Shown here piece by piece: positions 28,783 to 39,109 of a stretch of 64,000 nucleotides of DNA. A program made the position numbers and the translations under genes. Origin of the DNA: Promethearchaeia archaeon (lineage in GTDB: Archaea; Asgardarchaeota; Lokiarchaeia; Sigyniarchaeales; SOKP01). The notes beneath the pieces are model-generated. The model ran no database searches. It saw nothing but the letters and a program-made list of their open reading frames with translations, and was not told where the DNA came from. Location of the stretch: positions 9,636 through 73,635 of the forward strand of contig JAWOCD010000028.1 in NCBI GenBank assembly GCA_046483985.1, given 5' to 3'. Numbering within the stretch: the first letter of the stretch is position 1; each line of letters starts with the position of its first letter.

Positions 28783-28923
28783 TAATCCTCCAATAGTTTT
28801 ATTTGAAGAATTCTCCTTTTAATTTTAATTTAATTGAATTGTTTAGAATCTTTTTTATAATTGATTAAATGATGAGGATAAGGACTCTTAGAAATCAAGC
28901 CTCTCGTGGAGAAAGGACTTCTA

Positions 28924-30465
28924 TCATAAGATTTCTGAAATGTCACGATATAATAAATCTTTGTTTTGTTGGAAATCCTCTTGGGTAATAAATAATCGTT
29001 GAAATGAAGGCAGACTCCCTAAAATTGATGCTCCATCGAATATCGACGTTTGTAAATTTTCTGGGATATAAAATTTAATAATATTTTCAGATTCTTCGTA
29101 AAATCCTGTAAATTCTTTAGCTTCAGGAGCTTTTTCAACTTTTTCTTCTACGGGTCCTAAATCTGGTTCTTCTGGTATATTTTTTCCGCAATAAGGACAA
29201 AATCTGGATGTGGAGTCAGTAATCTTTTTATTACAATGCGGACAAATTAATTCTTCAGGTGTTTCTTCTTTTTTAGCTCCTTTTTCATCTTCCATATTAA
29301 TGGCAATCGGAATTTTGGGGATTTTCATCTTCGCACCACATTGGGGACAAAATTCGTTATCATCCGATAAATCTATTAACTCTCCACACTTTGGACAAGT
29401 ATCTGTCTTCTTTTCTTTCCCCTCTACTGGCTGTAACCCTTGTTTTTCTTGCGTGGTACCAATCTCCTTACTGCCCGCTGGTTTTGGAATGGGTCCTAGT
29501 TGAGGAAGGCTTTTTTTTAATTCTTGCTTAAACCGTTCTGTGAAACCACTATACGATAAATTCCCACCCGAAAGTACTATATGGGATAATAGATCTCCCC
29601 AATAAGTCTTTTCCATCATTTGCAAGCTGTAAATGGTCGCTTGCGTGATATTCTTCATATTATATCCCAACATTCCTGGTTGAAATAAGACTTCGGGAGC
29701 CTCATAAAGAATATGATTGGGAATTTGTATAATTGATCCATCTGGCATCGAGTATTCTAACGCATCACGTGTTTCATTCGGATTATCCGGATCAAGCACC
29801 ATATAACAGTTTTTTTCCTTTATCTCTTGGATGATTTGTTCTAATGCGGAAGCATCTAAATTTATTCCTTCACGCATCAAGAGTGATTTAAAATTATGAT
29901 TCACATCTATCCCAGCTAAATAAAGTCTTTGAGTAGCTTGTTCCATAATTTGTCCATCAATAATGGGAACTGTCCATGTTACCCCGTCTCCAGATTCTAC
30001 CACTAAACCGGTAGTGAGCCCTATAGAGAACATTGATAAGAGAGGAGAAGGAACCATAACTAAACTTTTCACGCTATGAGTTTCGAATAATACGCGTGCA
30101 ATATATTCCTTCGTTTCTTTGGCGACAAAGGGATGCTCGACATAAATAACGGGATATTCGGCCACACTTTCCAGCCGCAGTAGATTATAGAAGATATGAT
30201 TTAATATTTCATAATAGTCATTCCAATCTTGAATTTGTCCCCGTTCAATTGGTCTTTCCAATTTGAGGACCCCTCGCATATTCATTGCATCATTACCGAC
30301 GTATAAATTTCTTGCATCTACATCCACCATGACCGTTTGATATTTTTCTGTACCAGTTATACATGGAAATATATATCTTGGCTCAGAATCACCGGCATAC
30401 CCTACTTTTACATAGGCACTCCCCACATCAATAATTATAGGTGTTCCTTCTTCTGGTTCAGACAT
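28924..30465 (-). CDS. Actin-family protein (Asgard actin-related) with double zinc-ribbon insertion
   Basis: IIDVGSAYVKVGYAGD, GLVVESGDGVT, EIKEKNCY, Y.MPDG..I, PEVLFQP, IVLSGGN and GASILGSL motifs, plus an insert with four CxxC pairs. Confidence 0.93.
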   Translation of the reverse strand: MSEPEEGTPIIIDVGSAYVKVGYAGDSEPRYIFPCITGTEKYQTVMVDVDARNLYVGNDAMNMRGVLKLERPIERGQIQDWNDYYEILNHIFYNLLRLESVAEYPVIYVEHPFVAKETKEYIARVLFETHSVKSLVMVPSPLLSMFSIGLTTGLVVESGDGVTWTVPIIDGQIMEQATQRLYLAGIDVNHNFKSLLMREGINLDASALEQIIQEIKEKNCYMVLDPDNPNETRDALEYSMPDGSIIQIPNHILYEAPEVLFQPGMLGYNMKNITQATIYSLQMMEKTYWGDLLSHIVLSGGNLSYSGFTERFKQELKKSLPQLGPIPKPAGSKEIGTTQEKQGLQPVEGKEKKTDTCPKCGELIDLSDDNEFCPQCGAKMKIPKIPIAINMEDEKGAKKEETPEELICPHCNKKITDSTSRFCPYCGKNIPEEPDLGPVEEKVEKAPEAKEFTGFYEESENIIKFYIPENLQTSIFDGASILGSLPSFQRLFITQEDFQQNKDLLYRDISEIL

Positions 30466-30558
30466 AAGTTATCTATCAAGTGTTTTTTTGTTAAATTTCA
30501 ATTAAAATTATCATTTATCAATATAAATATTAATAAGGTTTCTCATAATTAAATGCTT

Positions 30559-30993
30559 TTAATCATCCGCTATTAGATAATCATATAAATTTCTTAGAAT
30601 TTGTTTTTGAAGCAAAAGACCAACCAAATGATCTTTATTATCCACCACTGGAAGCCGTTCTACACCATATTTAAACATTTTCTCCAAAGCTTCCTTAATT
30701 ATATTATTTTGTTTTACGCAATAGGGGTTTGCAGTCATTAAATCCTTTACTATGGTAAAGGGTGATTCTAATGATAAAGCAAATCTGGCTAAACGTATAT
30801 CTCTTTGAGTAATAATCCCAATCACCTGTTTTAATTGTGGATCATTGACAACGGGTAAACCCCCAATTTTTTTTTTTAACATATATAATTCTGTTTTACT
30901 TATTTTTTCATCTGGAAATGTAAAATAAGGTTCTTTTATCATTACATCCTTTACTTTAAGATCGCCGAATTTTTTTAGACTTTTATTTCCCAT
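30559..30993 (-). CDS. CBS-domain pair protein
   Basis: VKDVM..GLPVV..GIITQRD and VKDLM..RLPVV repeats. Confidence 0.9.
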   Translation of the reverse strand: MGNKSLKKFGDLKVKDVMIKEPYFTFPDEKISKTELYMLKKKIGGLPVVNDPQLKQVIGIITQRDIRLARFALSLESPFTIVKDLMTANPYCVKQNNIIKEALEKMFKYGVERLPVVDNKDHLVGLLLQKQILRNLYDYLIADD

Positions 30994-31087
30994 AATCTTT
31001 TCCTTTACTCACAGAATTATTCGTTGATTATGATTTTAAAATGTAATCTCTTGTGTGAAGATAATTCATTTTTTAATTAAAATCTAT

Positions 31088-31471
31088 TTATTCACTATTG
31101 AGAATTGAATTTCTAATTTTTTTTTCCATTTTGTTTATTTTAGAGTCTAATTTCTCAAATATATTCAGAATTGTTTTACCCCATTCATTCAATTTAATGA
31201 ATCCACCACCTCCCGCCCCTCCTTTCCCAGTAATAACGGGAGATTGACCGGTTCTTTTTTCTATTCGCTTTAAGATATTCCATGCGTATTTGTATGAATA
31301 GCCACACTTTTGAGCGGCGTCGGTTAGGGAGGTTACATCATCATCATGAATATTCTGTAATAAATTTGCCCATCCTTTTCCTAATATATTTTCATCATTG
31401 TAGCTTAACCAATATTTTATTCCAAAGGAAATATTTTTCTTCAATTTTTCTAAATTGGGTTCATTATCCAT
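31088..31471 (-). CDS. ModE-like winged-helix regulator (no TOBE domain)
   Basis: SLTDAA..GYSYKYAW..GGAGGGG..L..G motif. Confidence 0.85.
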   Translation of the reverse strand: MDNEPNLEKLKKNISFGIKYWLSYNDENILGKGWANLLQNIHDDDVTSLTDAAQKCGYSYKYAWNILKRIEKRTGQSPVITGKGGAGGGGFIKLNEWGKTILNIFEKLDSKINKMEKKIRNSILNSE

Positions 31472-31608
31472 TGTTCTATTGTAATGATATAGGAAATTTT
31501 ATATAATTTATCTTTGTATCCTCACATTTTCTTTTTTCAATTATAAACGAAAAAAATTAAAGTTATCTCATTTTTATCTCTTTAAAACTTGGGAACAGTT
31601 ATAGAAAA

Positions 31609-32358
31609 ATGTTTAGAACAAATACTAATTCCATTAAGAAAGGAACTGCAGTTACCGATAAAGTTTACTTCTTCTCTGAATTGCCCATGTTGGATTGCAA
31701 CCAAATTGTTGTTGAAAGCCCCGATAAGAAGAACTTGACTTTATTCGATGCTGGAAATGGCTTATCGTTAAATTCATTAATTAAAGGCATGAAGAAGAAG
31801 GATTTAAGTCCTCAAAACATTAAACGTGTATATCTTACTCATGAGCATTTGGACCATGTAATTGGGTTATATCCGCTACTGGATATGTTAAAAGATCACC
31901 CCCCTGAACTCTATGCCTATGGAGTAACCGCGAGGATTCTAGAGGAGGGGGACCAGTCCAAGATCATCCCTGCCAACTTGGGAGTAAGTCCAGATCGTTT
32001 TGGGATTACAATAAGACCTTTAAATGTCAACGATATCAAGGATAAGAAGGCTGTGGAACTGGACGATGAGTTTAGGCTGAAACTTTATCATACTCCGGGA
32101 CATTCTGAGGGATCTGTGACATATTATGAACCAGATAAGAAGATTTTGATTCCGGGCGATCTCGTCTTTGCGGGGGGATCATTTGGGAGGTATGATTTTC
32201 CTGGAGGTTCCTTAAAAAACCTTCAAGATTCCATCGAATTTGTGAATACTTTAGATGTAAAATACCTACTCCCAGGTCACATGAATTATAGTTCGAAGGG
32301 CAACCAAGAAATTGAACGCTCAAATAAGGTCGTCCATTCTTTAGGAAGCAATTTCTAA
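31609..32358 (+). CDS. Metallo-beta-lactamase fold hydrolase
   Basis: THEHLDH, HTPGHS, GD and PGH motifs. Confidence 0.92.
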   Translation: MFRTNTNSIKKGTAVTDKVYFFSELPMLDCNQIVVESPDKKNLTLFDAGNGLSLNSLIKGMKKKDLSPQNIKRVYLTHEHLDHVIGLYPLLDMLKDHPPELYAYGVTARILEEGDQSKIIPANLGVSPDRFGITIRPLNVNDIKDKKAVELDDEFRLKLYHTPGHSEGSVTYYEPDKKILIPGDLVFAGGSFGRYDFPGGSLKNLQDSIEFVNTLDVKYLLPGHMNYSSKGNQEIERSNKVVHSLGSNF

Positions 32359-32551
32359 GTTCGTGGTTTCTTTTCTTATTTGTTAGGAATATAATTCTTT
32401 AAAAGTAGAATCTCTATATAAGCCAAATATAGAAAATCTTGTGCTTTTTTCATTTTTAGAATTTTTAAAATAACACATTAGAAAATACAATTATTAATAT
32501 AAAGAAAGAATTCATATATAATAACATAAACAATCTAGAGTGAAAAAAAAA

Positions 32552-33241
32552 ATGTCTGAAGAAACTGAAATGTCTGAAGAAACTAGAGAAGTTGAGGCTA
32601 GTCCAAAGGATGATGTTGAACAAGTGACCTTAAGAAATCTATCTAAAGCCATCTTTTTCTATCCGCTCTTTTTCACGTCACTGGTACTCGGGCTTATCCA
32701 GATGTTTGTAGGGGAACCAATTCCTATACTAGCCAATTTTTGGATTTCTATCTTTTTCCTTAACCTTTTCGTCATTGCATTCGATTTCAATTCAACTAAA
32801 TTCTTTGTCTTGATTTTGGGAATTATAGTGATAGCCCTCTTAGTTATCTTTCTGGTGTTTCCAAATATAGATTTACCGGAAATAGATATAGAGTTTACAA
32901 TTGTAATGAGTGCAGAATTCTACTTGGTAATGACCATTCTTTTGGGAATAATTTTAGGTCTGATCATCCTATCATCTAGATTCGACTATTGGACCATTGA
33001 ACGAAATGAGATTTATCATAAAACTGGACTCCTTGGTGATGCAAAACGATACCCTATGGAGAATTTCAGATTTGAAAAAGAAATTCCGGATGTATTTGAA
33101 CTTCTTTCCCTGAAAGCAGGGTCTATTACGTTAAAACCCGATAGACAAACATCCATACGTTTGCGTACCGTTGTCAATGTCAATGAAAAGGAAGAGCAAT
33201 TGGACTACCTCTTAAGTCGTAAACATGTTCAAGTTGACTAG
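32552..33241 (+). CDS. Hypothetical membrane protein (4 TM plus soluble beta-rich C-terminus)
   Basis: Hydrophobic segments. No diagnostic motif. Confidence 0.75.
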   Translation: MSEETEMSEETREVEASPKDDVEQVTLRNLSKAIFFYPLFFTSLVLGLIQMFVGEPIPILANFWISIFFLNLFVIAFDFNSTKFFVLILGIIVIALLVIFLVFPNIDLPEIDIEFTIVMSAEFYLVMTILLGIILGLIILSSRFDYWTIERNEIYHKTGLLGDAKRYPMENFRFEKEIPDVFELLSLKAGSITLKPDRQTSIRLRTVVNVNEKEEQLDYLLSRKHVQVD

Positions 33242-33394
33242 ATCAATTAGATTTGATCCTCAAAAGTTTTATAATTAATTTTTTTCTTTTTAATCAATAT
33301 TTCTTAAAGCCCCTTCCAACAGCAAAGAATTCGAAAAATACTGGCTTTTGTAGCAATATATTTAAAATAAATACGTTATTTTATCTATTAATTT

Positions 33395-34105
33395 ATGGTA
33401 AAGAATATCTGCTTATTTGACTTCGATGGAGTACTTTTAACTCAAAGGGCCTTAGAATATACCGCTTTAAAACTCCTCAAAAACGATTTTTATCAATGGA
33501 CAAATGTGGAAGACTTGCGTTTAATTGATTTTGCGAAAATGTTTGAAGAAGCAGATTCAAAAGGCTCAAGGAGTTCCCTTATCAATATTTACCGAGCCTA
33601 TAAACCGTATATTCCCAGTAGATGGCGTCGTTTAGTGTTCTTTTATGTGTTTAGTAGAAATTATCGCAAATATGAAAAGATCTATGAAACACTAAAACCG
33701 GGATTAAGGAATGTGTTAACTTCCTTGAAAGAGCATCACATCTTGCTCGGGATAGTCTCAAATACCAGCAGAGACCGGTTGGATTATTTTGCTGAAAAAT
33801 TTAATCTACATAATTATTTTTCAGTGTTAATATCTCGGGATGATGTTCTTTTTCGAAAACCCCATAAGTACCCCATCCTTTTGGCAATCCACAAGATCGT
33901 TCGCAAACACAACCTTCAATCCGTCTCAAAGGACCACATTTATTTTGTAGGGGATTTACCGTCGGATATTCAAAGTGCAAATCACGCAGGTATCAAAAGT
34001 GTGGCTGTACTCTCCGGACACGGAAGTCGAGAAGAATTATTTAAGACTAATCCTGATTATTCTATAAAGAGTATTCATGGATTGAAAAAATTATTATTAA
34101 AATAA
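33395..34105 (+). CDS. HAD-superfamily hydrolase (phosphoglycolate phosphatase-like)
   Basis: FDFDGVL, SN, KP and VGD...DI motifs. Confidence 0.9.
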   Translation: MVKNICLFDFDGVLLTQRALEYTALKLLKNDFYQWTNVEDLRLIDFAKMFEEADSKGSRSSLINIYRAYKPYIPSRWRRLVFFYVFSRNYRKYEKIYETLKPGLRNVLTSLKEHHILLGIVSNTSRDRLDYFAEKFNLHNYFSVLISRDDVLFRKPHKYPILLAIHKIVRKHNLQSVSKDHIYFVGDLPSDIQSANHAGIKSVAVLSGHGSREELFKTNPDYSIKSIHGLKKLLLK

Positions 34106-34123
34106 TTATTTGTTAATGTGAAA

Positions 34124-36868
34124 ATGGCTAATATATATTTCGAGATCGATAATTTCAGCAAATATGAAGATTTAGATAAATACATAAAGAAACTAAATAA
34201 ATATCTACGGAAAGATAAAGAAAGGAAAATTAACAAAATATTCGATAAATTTAAGGACTTTATTGAAGAAGATCAGTTTATTATCCCTATTACATATATA
34301 TTAAGCATTTTGGCTGAAGAAAAAATTGATTTAATCGAAGAGGATATAATATCGGCCATCACCCCTTATCTTGAGAGTGACGATATAAAATTAAGAACGA
34401 ATTCGATAATTATTCTCGGCTTTTATCTTCTACAGCATCCTTCTTTAATTAAAGAATATTTCAACGAATTTACGGAACTTTTAATGGAAGGATCTCCAGA
34501 TTTAAAGGAGAATGGCTATTATTTCTTGCAAAAATTTATTGAAATTAATCCAAAACTCATTAAGAACTATAAAAATTTACTCTTAAAAGCATTAAAAAAG
34601 GAAAAAGAGAAAAAAAATATTATCTCCTTGCTTACTTTTTTGAATGAGTGTGATATTTTAAACTTTAAGCAAACTTTCAAGCTTAGAGAAATCCTTATCC
34701 AACTTTTAAAAAAATATCAAAAGAGAGACAATCCAAAATTTGCAGCGATATTGCACTCACTGATTCCGAAATTCTTTCAAACGATAGATCCATCTGAAGT
34801 TAAAGACAGCACTAATCAACAGATGATAGACCTATTAAATAAGCATTTTATAATGAATAAATACAATTTTACCAAGATTTCTAAGAAAAGAAAAATCAGA
34901 TTTAAAACATTCTTAAAAAAATTTAAACAGACAAGGCTTAAAGAAGAAGAAATCTATTTTTATGCTAAAGATCACGATAGAAATATCATTTTCTTTTTTG
35001 AACTTGAAAAGGATAAACTCTATGAGTATTTTCAAAATCCTGATGAAAAAATACCTCGAAGCGAGATATTAAAAGAATTTTCATCCATTTTAGAAGGAGA
35101 GGAGGACCTGGAACTTTTCATTACTACCTTAACAAAATTAGGGATTATCAAGGGGTATCTCTCTGAATTTTACTATTATCCGTTAGATTTTCTAAAACAA
35201 CAGATATTAGAGACGTTGGAGAAGAAGGGAATTGTAAAACTAAAAAATTATAAATTTTTACCCCCTAAATTCATCAAAACAATTCTTTCCAATGCGGATT
35301 CTGAAGACAACATTACCATTCTAACTGGAAAGGGACACAAAAGTTATTATTCACTTAAATTGATACAAAACCAAATAAATTCAGAATCTGCAAGATATAA
35401 TGTGATTGATCTCTCAGAATTTCAAAACCGATTAATTAAAAGGGATTTTATTAAATTGATAAAAAGGTTACCAGAAGGATACCTTACGGATATCCATAAA
35501 GGAACAGTCTGGTTAACCAATATTGGACTAATAAAAATCAAAAATGCGATTGAGGATTCGAAAGTCATAGGATTTTTAGATCTAAAGAAAATATCTGAAA
35601 AGTTAGAAATAAAAAAAGATATTTTAGTAGAAGTTCTTAAGGAATTCATTGATTTTCGAAGCGGAGTATGGGATAATGGTAAGGAAACATTTTATTATTC
35701 GAAATATATAAAGGAAAGAATTAATAATATTGCAAAAATCGCTGAGAAGGAAAAGCAAAACAAACAAATTATTAATCTTTCAGAAGAGCTAAATATTTCA
35801 CGGAAACGAATTTTAACAAAATTAGAAGAAAATTATCAATTGATCGGGGAAGAAATAAAAAAGAAAGACCAGATTAGAATCAGCGAATATATAGAAAAGT
35901 TGGGGATGAAATCAGATCAATTTATGAAATTCATTAAAGATTTGGACATAAATTTCTTGAAGAAAGGAGATCTCCTCATATTTGAGGATAAAAAAATTGA
36001 ATCCGCCCAAAAAGAACTTAAAAGTACACTTATTAAGAATGCAAAAGAGAAAGAATATTTTGATTTAGAAGAATTTGAAATTAATGCCAGTTTGGTAACA
36101 GAACTCCTACAACAACTCATTGACGAGGGGAAACTTAATGGCATCTTTTACAACACAGAGGATGGAAAGTTTTTTTACACCGTAAAAGGCATCCAGAATA
36201 TGATGTTAGGTACAGAGATTACCTTATACTTTGAAGATTTATTTTACGGAAAGGAATTAAATGAAAGAGAGATTGCATTATTGAAAAAAATTCTTAAGGG
36301 TTTGATTAAATCAGGTGAATTAAAAGGAACATTCGACGAAGAACAACTTGCCTTTTCTCGAGAAGTGTTAAAGTTTGCAGATGATTTCTTTGGAACCTTG
36401 CAGTCTTTTGAAAGGATGATAGAAGAATTTCAAGAAAAATTTGATCAAGAATTCCAGGAAATCAAATCCATTCTTACTAAAAAGGAGGATGTAATTTATC
36501 CTCAAGAAATTAAAATTGTGGAGAAATCAGTGAAAAGAATTAAGAAACATTATCTGGGCTGGCAAAATAGGATTGATGCATTTATTCATCGCCATAATAA
36601 ACGACTTTTAAAAGAACAAGGATATTCAATAAGTAGATATAATGGATTAGCAGCGGACGAAAAGCAAGAGATTCGGTCTTTTAAAGACGATGAAAGAGTA
36701 GAACAGCTTGTTGAGGGCTTTGACCAATGGGTTCGACTCTTTAAAGAAATTGAAAACAATTACGGAAAAATTATTTTTAATCAAAAAAAGATTCAGCGGA
36801 ATCCTGAAAATCAAGAAGCTCGGGAAAAGTTAGAGGAAATGCTATACAGGCTAAATATGGAATCTTAA
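34124..36868 (+). CDS. Large ARM/HEAT plus tandem winged-helix (PCI/UFL1-like) protein
   Basis: HEAT-like N-terminus. Repeated L..L...G.(I/L).G.(L/F) and G.(V/L).L.....L patterns. Confidence 0.7.
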   Translation: MANIYFEIDNFSKYEDLDKYIKKLNKYLRKDKERKINKIFDKFKDFIEEDQFIIPITYILSILAEEKIDLIEEDIISAITPYLESDDIKLRTNSIIILGFYLLQHPSLIKEYFNEFTELLMEGSPDLKENGYYFLQKFIEINPKLIKNYKNLLLKALKKEKEKKNIISLLTFLNECDILNFKQTFKLREILIQLLKKYQKRDNPKFAAILHSLIPKFFQTIDPSEVKDSTNQQMIDLLNKHFIMNKYNFTKISKKRKIRFKTFLKKFKQTRLKEEEIYFYAKDHDRNIIFFFELEKDKLYEYFQNPDEKIPRSEILKEFSSILEGEEDLELFITTLTKLGIIKGYLSEFYYYPLDFLKQQILETLEKKGIVKLKNYKFLPPKFIKTILSNADSEDNITILTGKGHKSYYSLKLIQNQINSESARYNVIDLSEFQNRLIKRDFIKLIKRLPEGYLTDIHKGTVWLTNIGLIKIKNAIEDSKVIGFLDLKKISEKLEIKKDILVEVLKEFIDFRSGVWDNGKETFYYSKYIKERINNIAKIAEKEKQNKQIINLSEELNISRKRILTKLEENYQLIGEEIKKKDQIRISEYIEKLGMKSDQFMKFIKDLDINFLKKGDLLIFEDKKIESAQKELKSTLIKNAKEKEYFDLEEFEINASLVTELLQQLIDEGKLNGIFYNTEDGKFFYTVKGIQNMMLGTEITLYFEDLFYGKELNEREIALLKKILKGLIKSGELKGTFDEEQLAFSREVLKFADDFFGTLQSFERMIEEFQEKFDQEFQEIKSILTKKEDVIYPQEIKIVEKSVKRIKKHYLGWQNRIDAFIHRHNKRLLKEQGYSISRYNGLAADEKQEIRSFKDDERVEQLVEGFDQWVRLFKEIENNYGKIIFNQKKIQRNPENQEAREKLEEMLYRLNMES

Positions 36869-36923
36869 TTGAGAGAGTCGTATTTATTTCAAGATTAAAG
36901 TTTCTCCTAGTTCAATTTTAGAA

Positions 36924-37217
36924 TTAGTGATTATTATTTTTCTTCTCATTAATTTTTTTTATAACCTTTGGGATTTCTATTTTCTTTTTTGGAGTGATTT
37001 TATAGGTGAGAGGTTTGGATTTTCCGTTTCGTTCCAACACGTTTTCTTTTTCTAGATACTTTAAAGACCGCCAAATAAAGTTTATTTTAGATCTGTTCGA
37101 GGACTTAATATCATTGCACCGTCGCACTCTTTTCGTGGTCACAGTATAAATATTATTGTCAATTAATTTGTTAATTGCTTCTAGAGTTTCCTTTACATTC
37201 TTTATGAAGAAATCCAT
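36924..37217 (-). CDS. Small basic protein, probable winged-helix
   Basis: 97 aa with IWRSLKYLEKENVLER..TYKI wHTH-like end. Confidence 0.65.
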   Translation of the reverse strand: MDFFIKNVKETLEAINKLIDNNIYTVTTKRVRRCNDIKSSNRSKINFIWRSLKYLEKENVLERNGKSKPLTYKITPKKKIEIPKVIKKINEKKNNNH

Positions 37218-37397
37218 AATGAAGATTATTACCTCTTACCTACCTTAAATGACTTAAAGCTTATAATTTCTTTTTTTATAAATGGTTAGGTATCTATAAG
37301 ATATGGATATATAATTTAATAATATCTAACAATTTAAATGTTATTTTCTTAATTTATATTTTATCAAAAAAGGAAAAAATAAAAACTGAGTGAACCC

Positions 37398-39002
37398 CTA
37401 ATGCCTAAATACACGCTTGCCACAAAATACTAATCCACAGTTTAATTCGTTTGCTCTTGCTATTACCTTTTCATCACGAATTGACCCCCCGGGATTAATA
37501 ATACATTTGGCACCAGCTTCTACTGCTGCTTCCAAGCCATCTGGGAAGGGAAAGAAGGAATCAGTTCCCATTACAGAATCCGTAAGCGCGTTTTCATGCC
37601 CAAACTCTTTTGCTTTCCTTGCGGCTAGATTCACAACATGTACACGACTTTGTTGCCCCGCGCCGATTCCGATTGTATACATTCCCGTGTTGTAGGTTTG
37701 CGCAAAACAAGCAGAATTGGATTTAGCCCACTTACATCCCTTATAGGCAAATATTAAGGCTTCTTTTTCCTCTTTGGTTATTTTTCTCTCACTCACCACG
37801 TCCCAATCTTTTATTACCGATTTATAATCATATTCTTGAACTACTGCGCCCCCGATCATCGACCGAATTTCAGGATTTTCGTAGATATTTTCTCGTTTAT
37901 CCAAAAGATCTCCAAATTCTAAAATTCTCATATTCTCCTTCTTCTTTAAAATTTCTAATGCTTCTTTTTCGAATGAGGGAGCCATAATAACTTCAACGAA
38001 AATATTTTCCTCATTGACGATATAATCCGCCACTTCCGTAGTCAATTGTTGATTAACCCCCCAAATCCCGCCGAAAGCCGACATTGGATCGCAGCTGAAA
38101 GCCCGTTTTACAGAGGTTAATTGATTTTCCTTGTCAATAGCCATTCCGTTGGGTGATGTGTGTTTTAAGATGGCGGTGGTATAATGCTCTGTTCCATAAT
38201 CCAATAAGATCTGAAAACAAGAATCTATATCCAAATAATTATTAAAAGAGATTTGTTTTCCTCCTAATTTTTTAAAATTATGGAGACCGTATTTCGCGGA
38301 GATATCCTTATAAAAAGCTGCTTGCTGGTCCCAATTTTCACCATAGCGACAATCTTGTACTTTTTTATAGACTTTTATTAGATATTCTCCCAATAATTTA
38401 TCGGGGTTATAATATTGTTGTAAATAATCTGCGATGGCAGCATTATAATCTGCCATGATTGCAAAGACTTCTTGTGCAAGAGAGGCACGAATGGTATTGC
38501 CGATTTTACCGTCATTTTTTTTTAGTTCGTCTAGAATTGATTGATAATGTTCTTGGCTGGGAACCACTATCACATCAGGAAAATTTTTTGCAGCAGCTCT
38601 TATCATTGTTGGACCCCCGATATCAATCATTTCTAAAGCATCTTTAAGTTCAATATTGGGTTTTCTTATTGCTTCCTTAAACTGATATAAATTGCATACA
38701 ACCATATCAATAGGAGGGATATTATATTCTTCGGCATCTTTTACATCTTGTTCATTTTCCCTGCGGTAAAGGATCCCCCCCTCGACTTTTGGATGAAGGG
38801 TTTTTACTCGACCCTCAAACATCTCAGGCGAGCCGGTATATTCAGAGATCTGAGTTACGTCAATCCCGTTTTTTTCCAATAATCGTCCAGTTCCTCCCGT
38901 TGACAGAATTTCGACTTTATATTTATCCACCAATTCTTCGACAAATTCAACAACCCCTTCTTTGTCAAATACTGACACTAATACTCGTTCAATTTTCTTC
39001 AT
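37398..39002 (-). CDS. purH: Bifunctional AICAR transformylase/IMP cyclohydrolase
   Basis: STGGT, GRVKTLHP, IDIGGP, RYGEN, SDSFFPF-like and PGGSIRD motifs. Confidence 0.96.
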   Translation of the reverse strand: MKKIERVLVSVFDKEGVVEFVEELVDKYKVEILSTGGTGRLLEKNGIDVTQISEYTGSPEMFEGRVKTLHPKVEGGILYRRENEQDVKDAEEYNIPPIDMVVCNLYQFKEAIRKPNIELKDALEMIDIGGPTMIRAAAKNFPDVIVVPSQEHYQSILDELKKNDGKIGNTIRASLAQEVFAIMADYNAAIADYLQQYYNPDKLLGEYLIKVYKKVQDCRYGENWDQQAAFYKDISAKYGLHNFKKLGGKQISFNNYLDIDSCFQILLDYGTEHYTTAILKHTSPNGMAIDKENQLTSVKRAFSCDPMSAFGGIWGVNQQLTTEVADYIVNEENIFVEVIMAPSFEKEALEILKKKENMRILEFGDLLDKRENIYENPEIRSMIGGAVVQEYDYKSVIKDWDVVSERKITKEEKEALIFAYKGCKWAKSNSACFAQTYNTGMYTIGIGAGQQSRVHVVNLAARKAKEFGHENALTDSVMGTDSFFPFPDGLEAAVEAGAKCIINPGGSIRDEKVIARANELNCGLVFCGKRVFRH

Positions 39003-39109
39003 AGTCTTTCAAATCTATTTCTTATTTTTCAAATTTCACATATAAATTGAGAACTTTAGTAATTCTGAAGGTTAAAAATTATTTAATAATTTGTTAATAA
39101 CAAAAAAAA

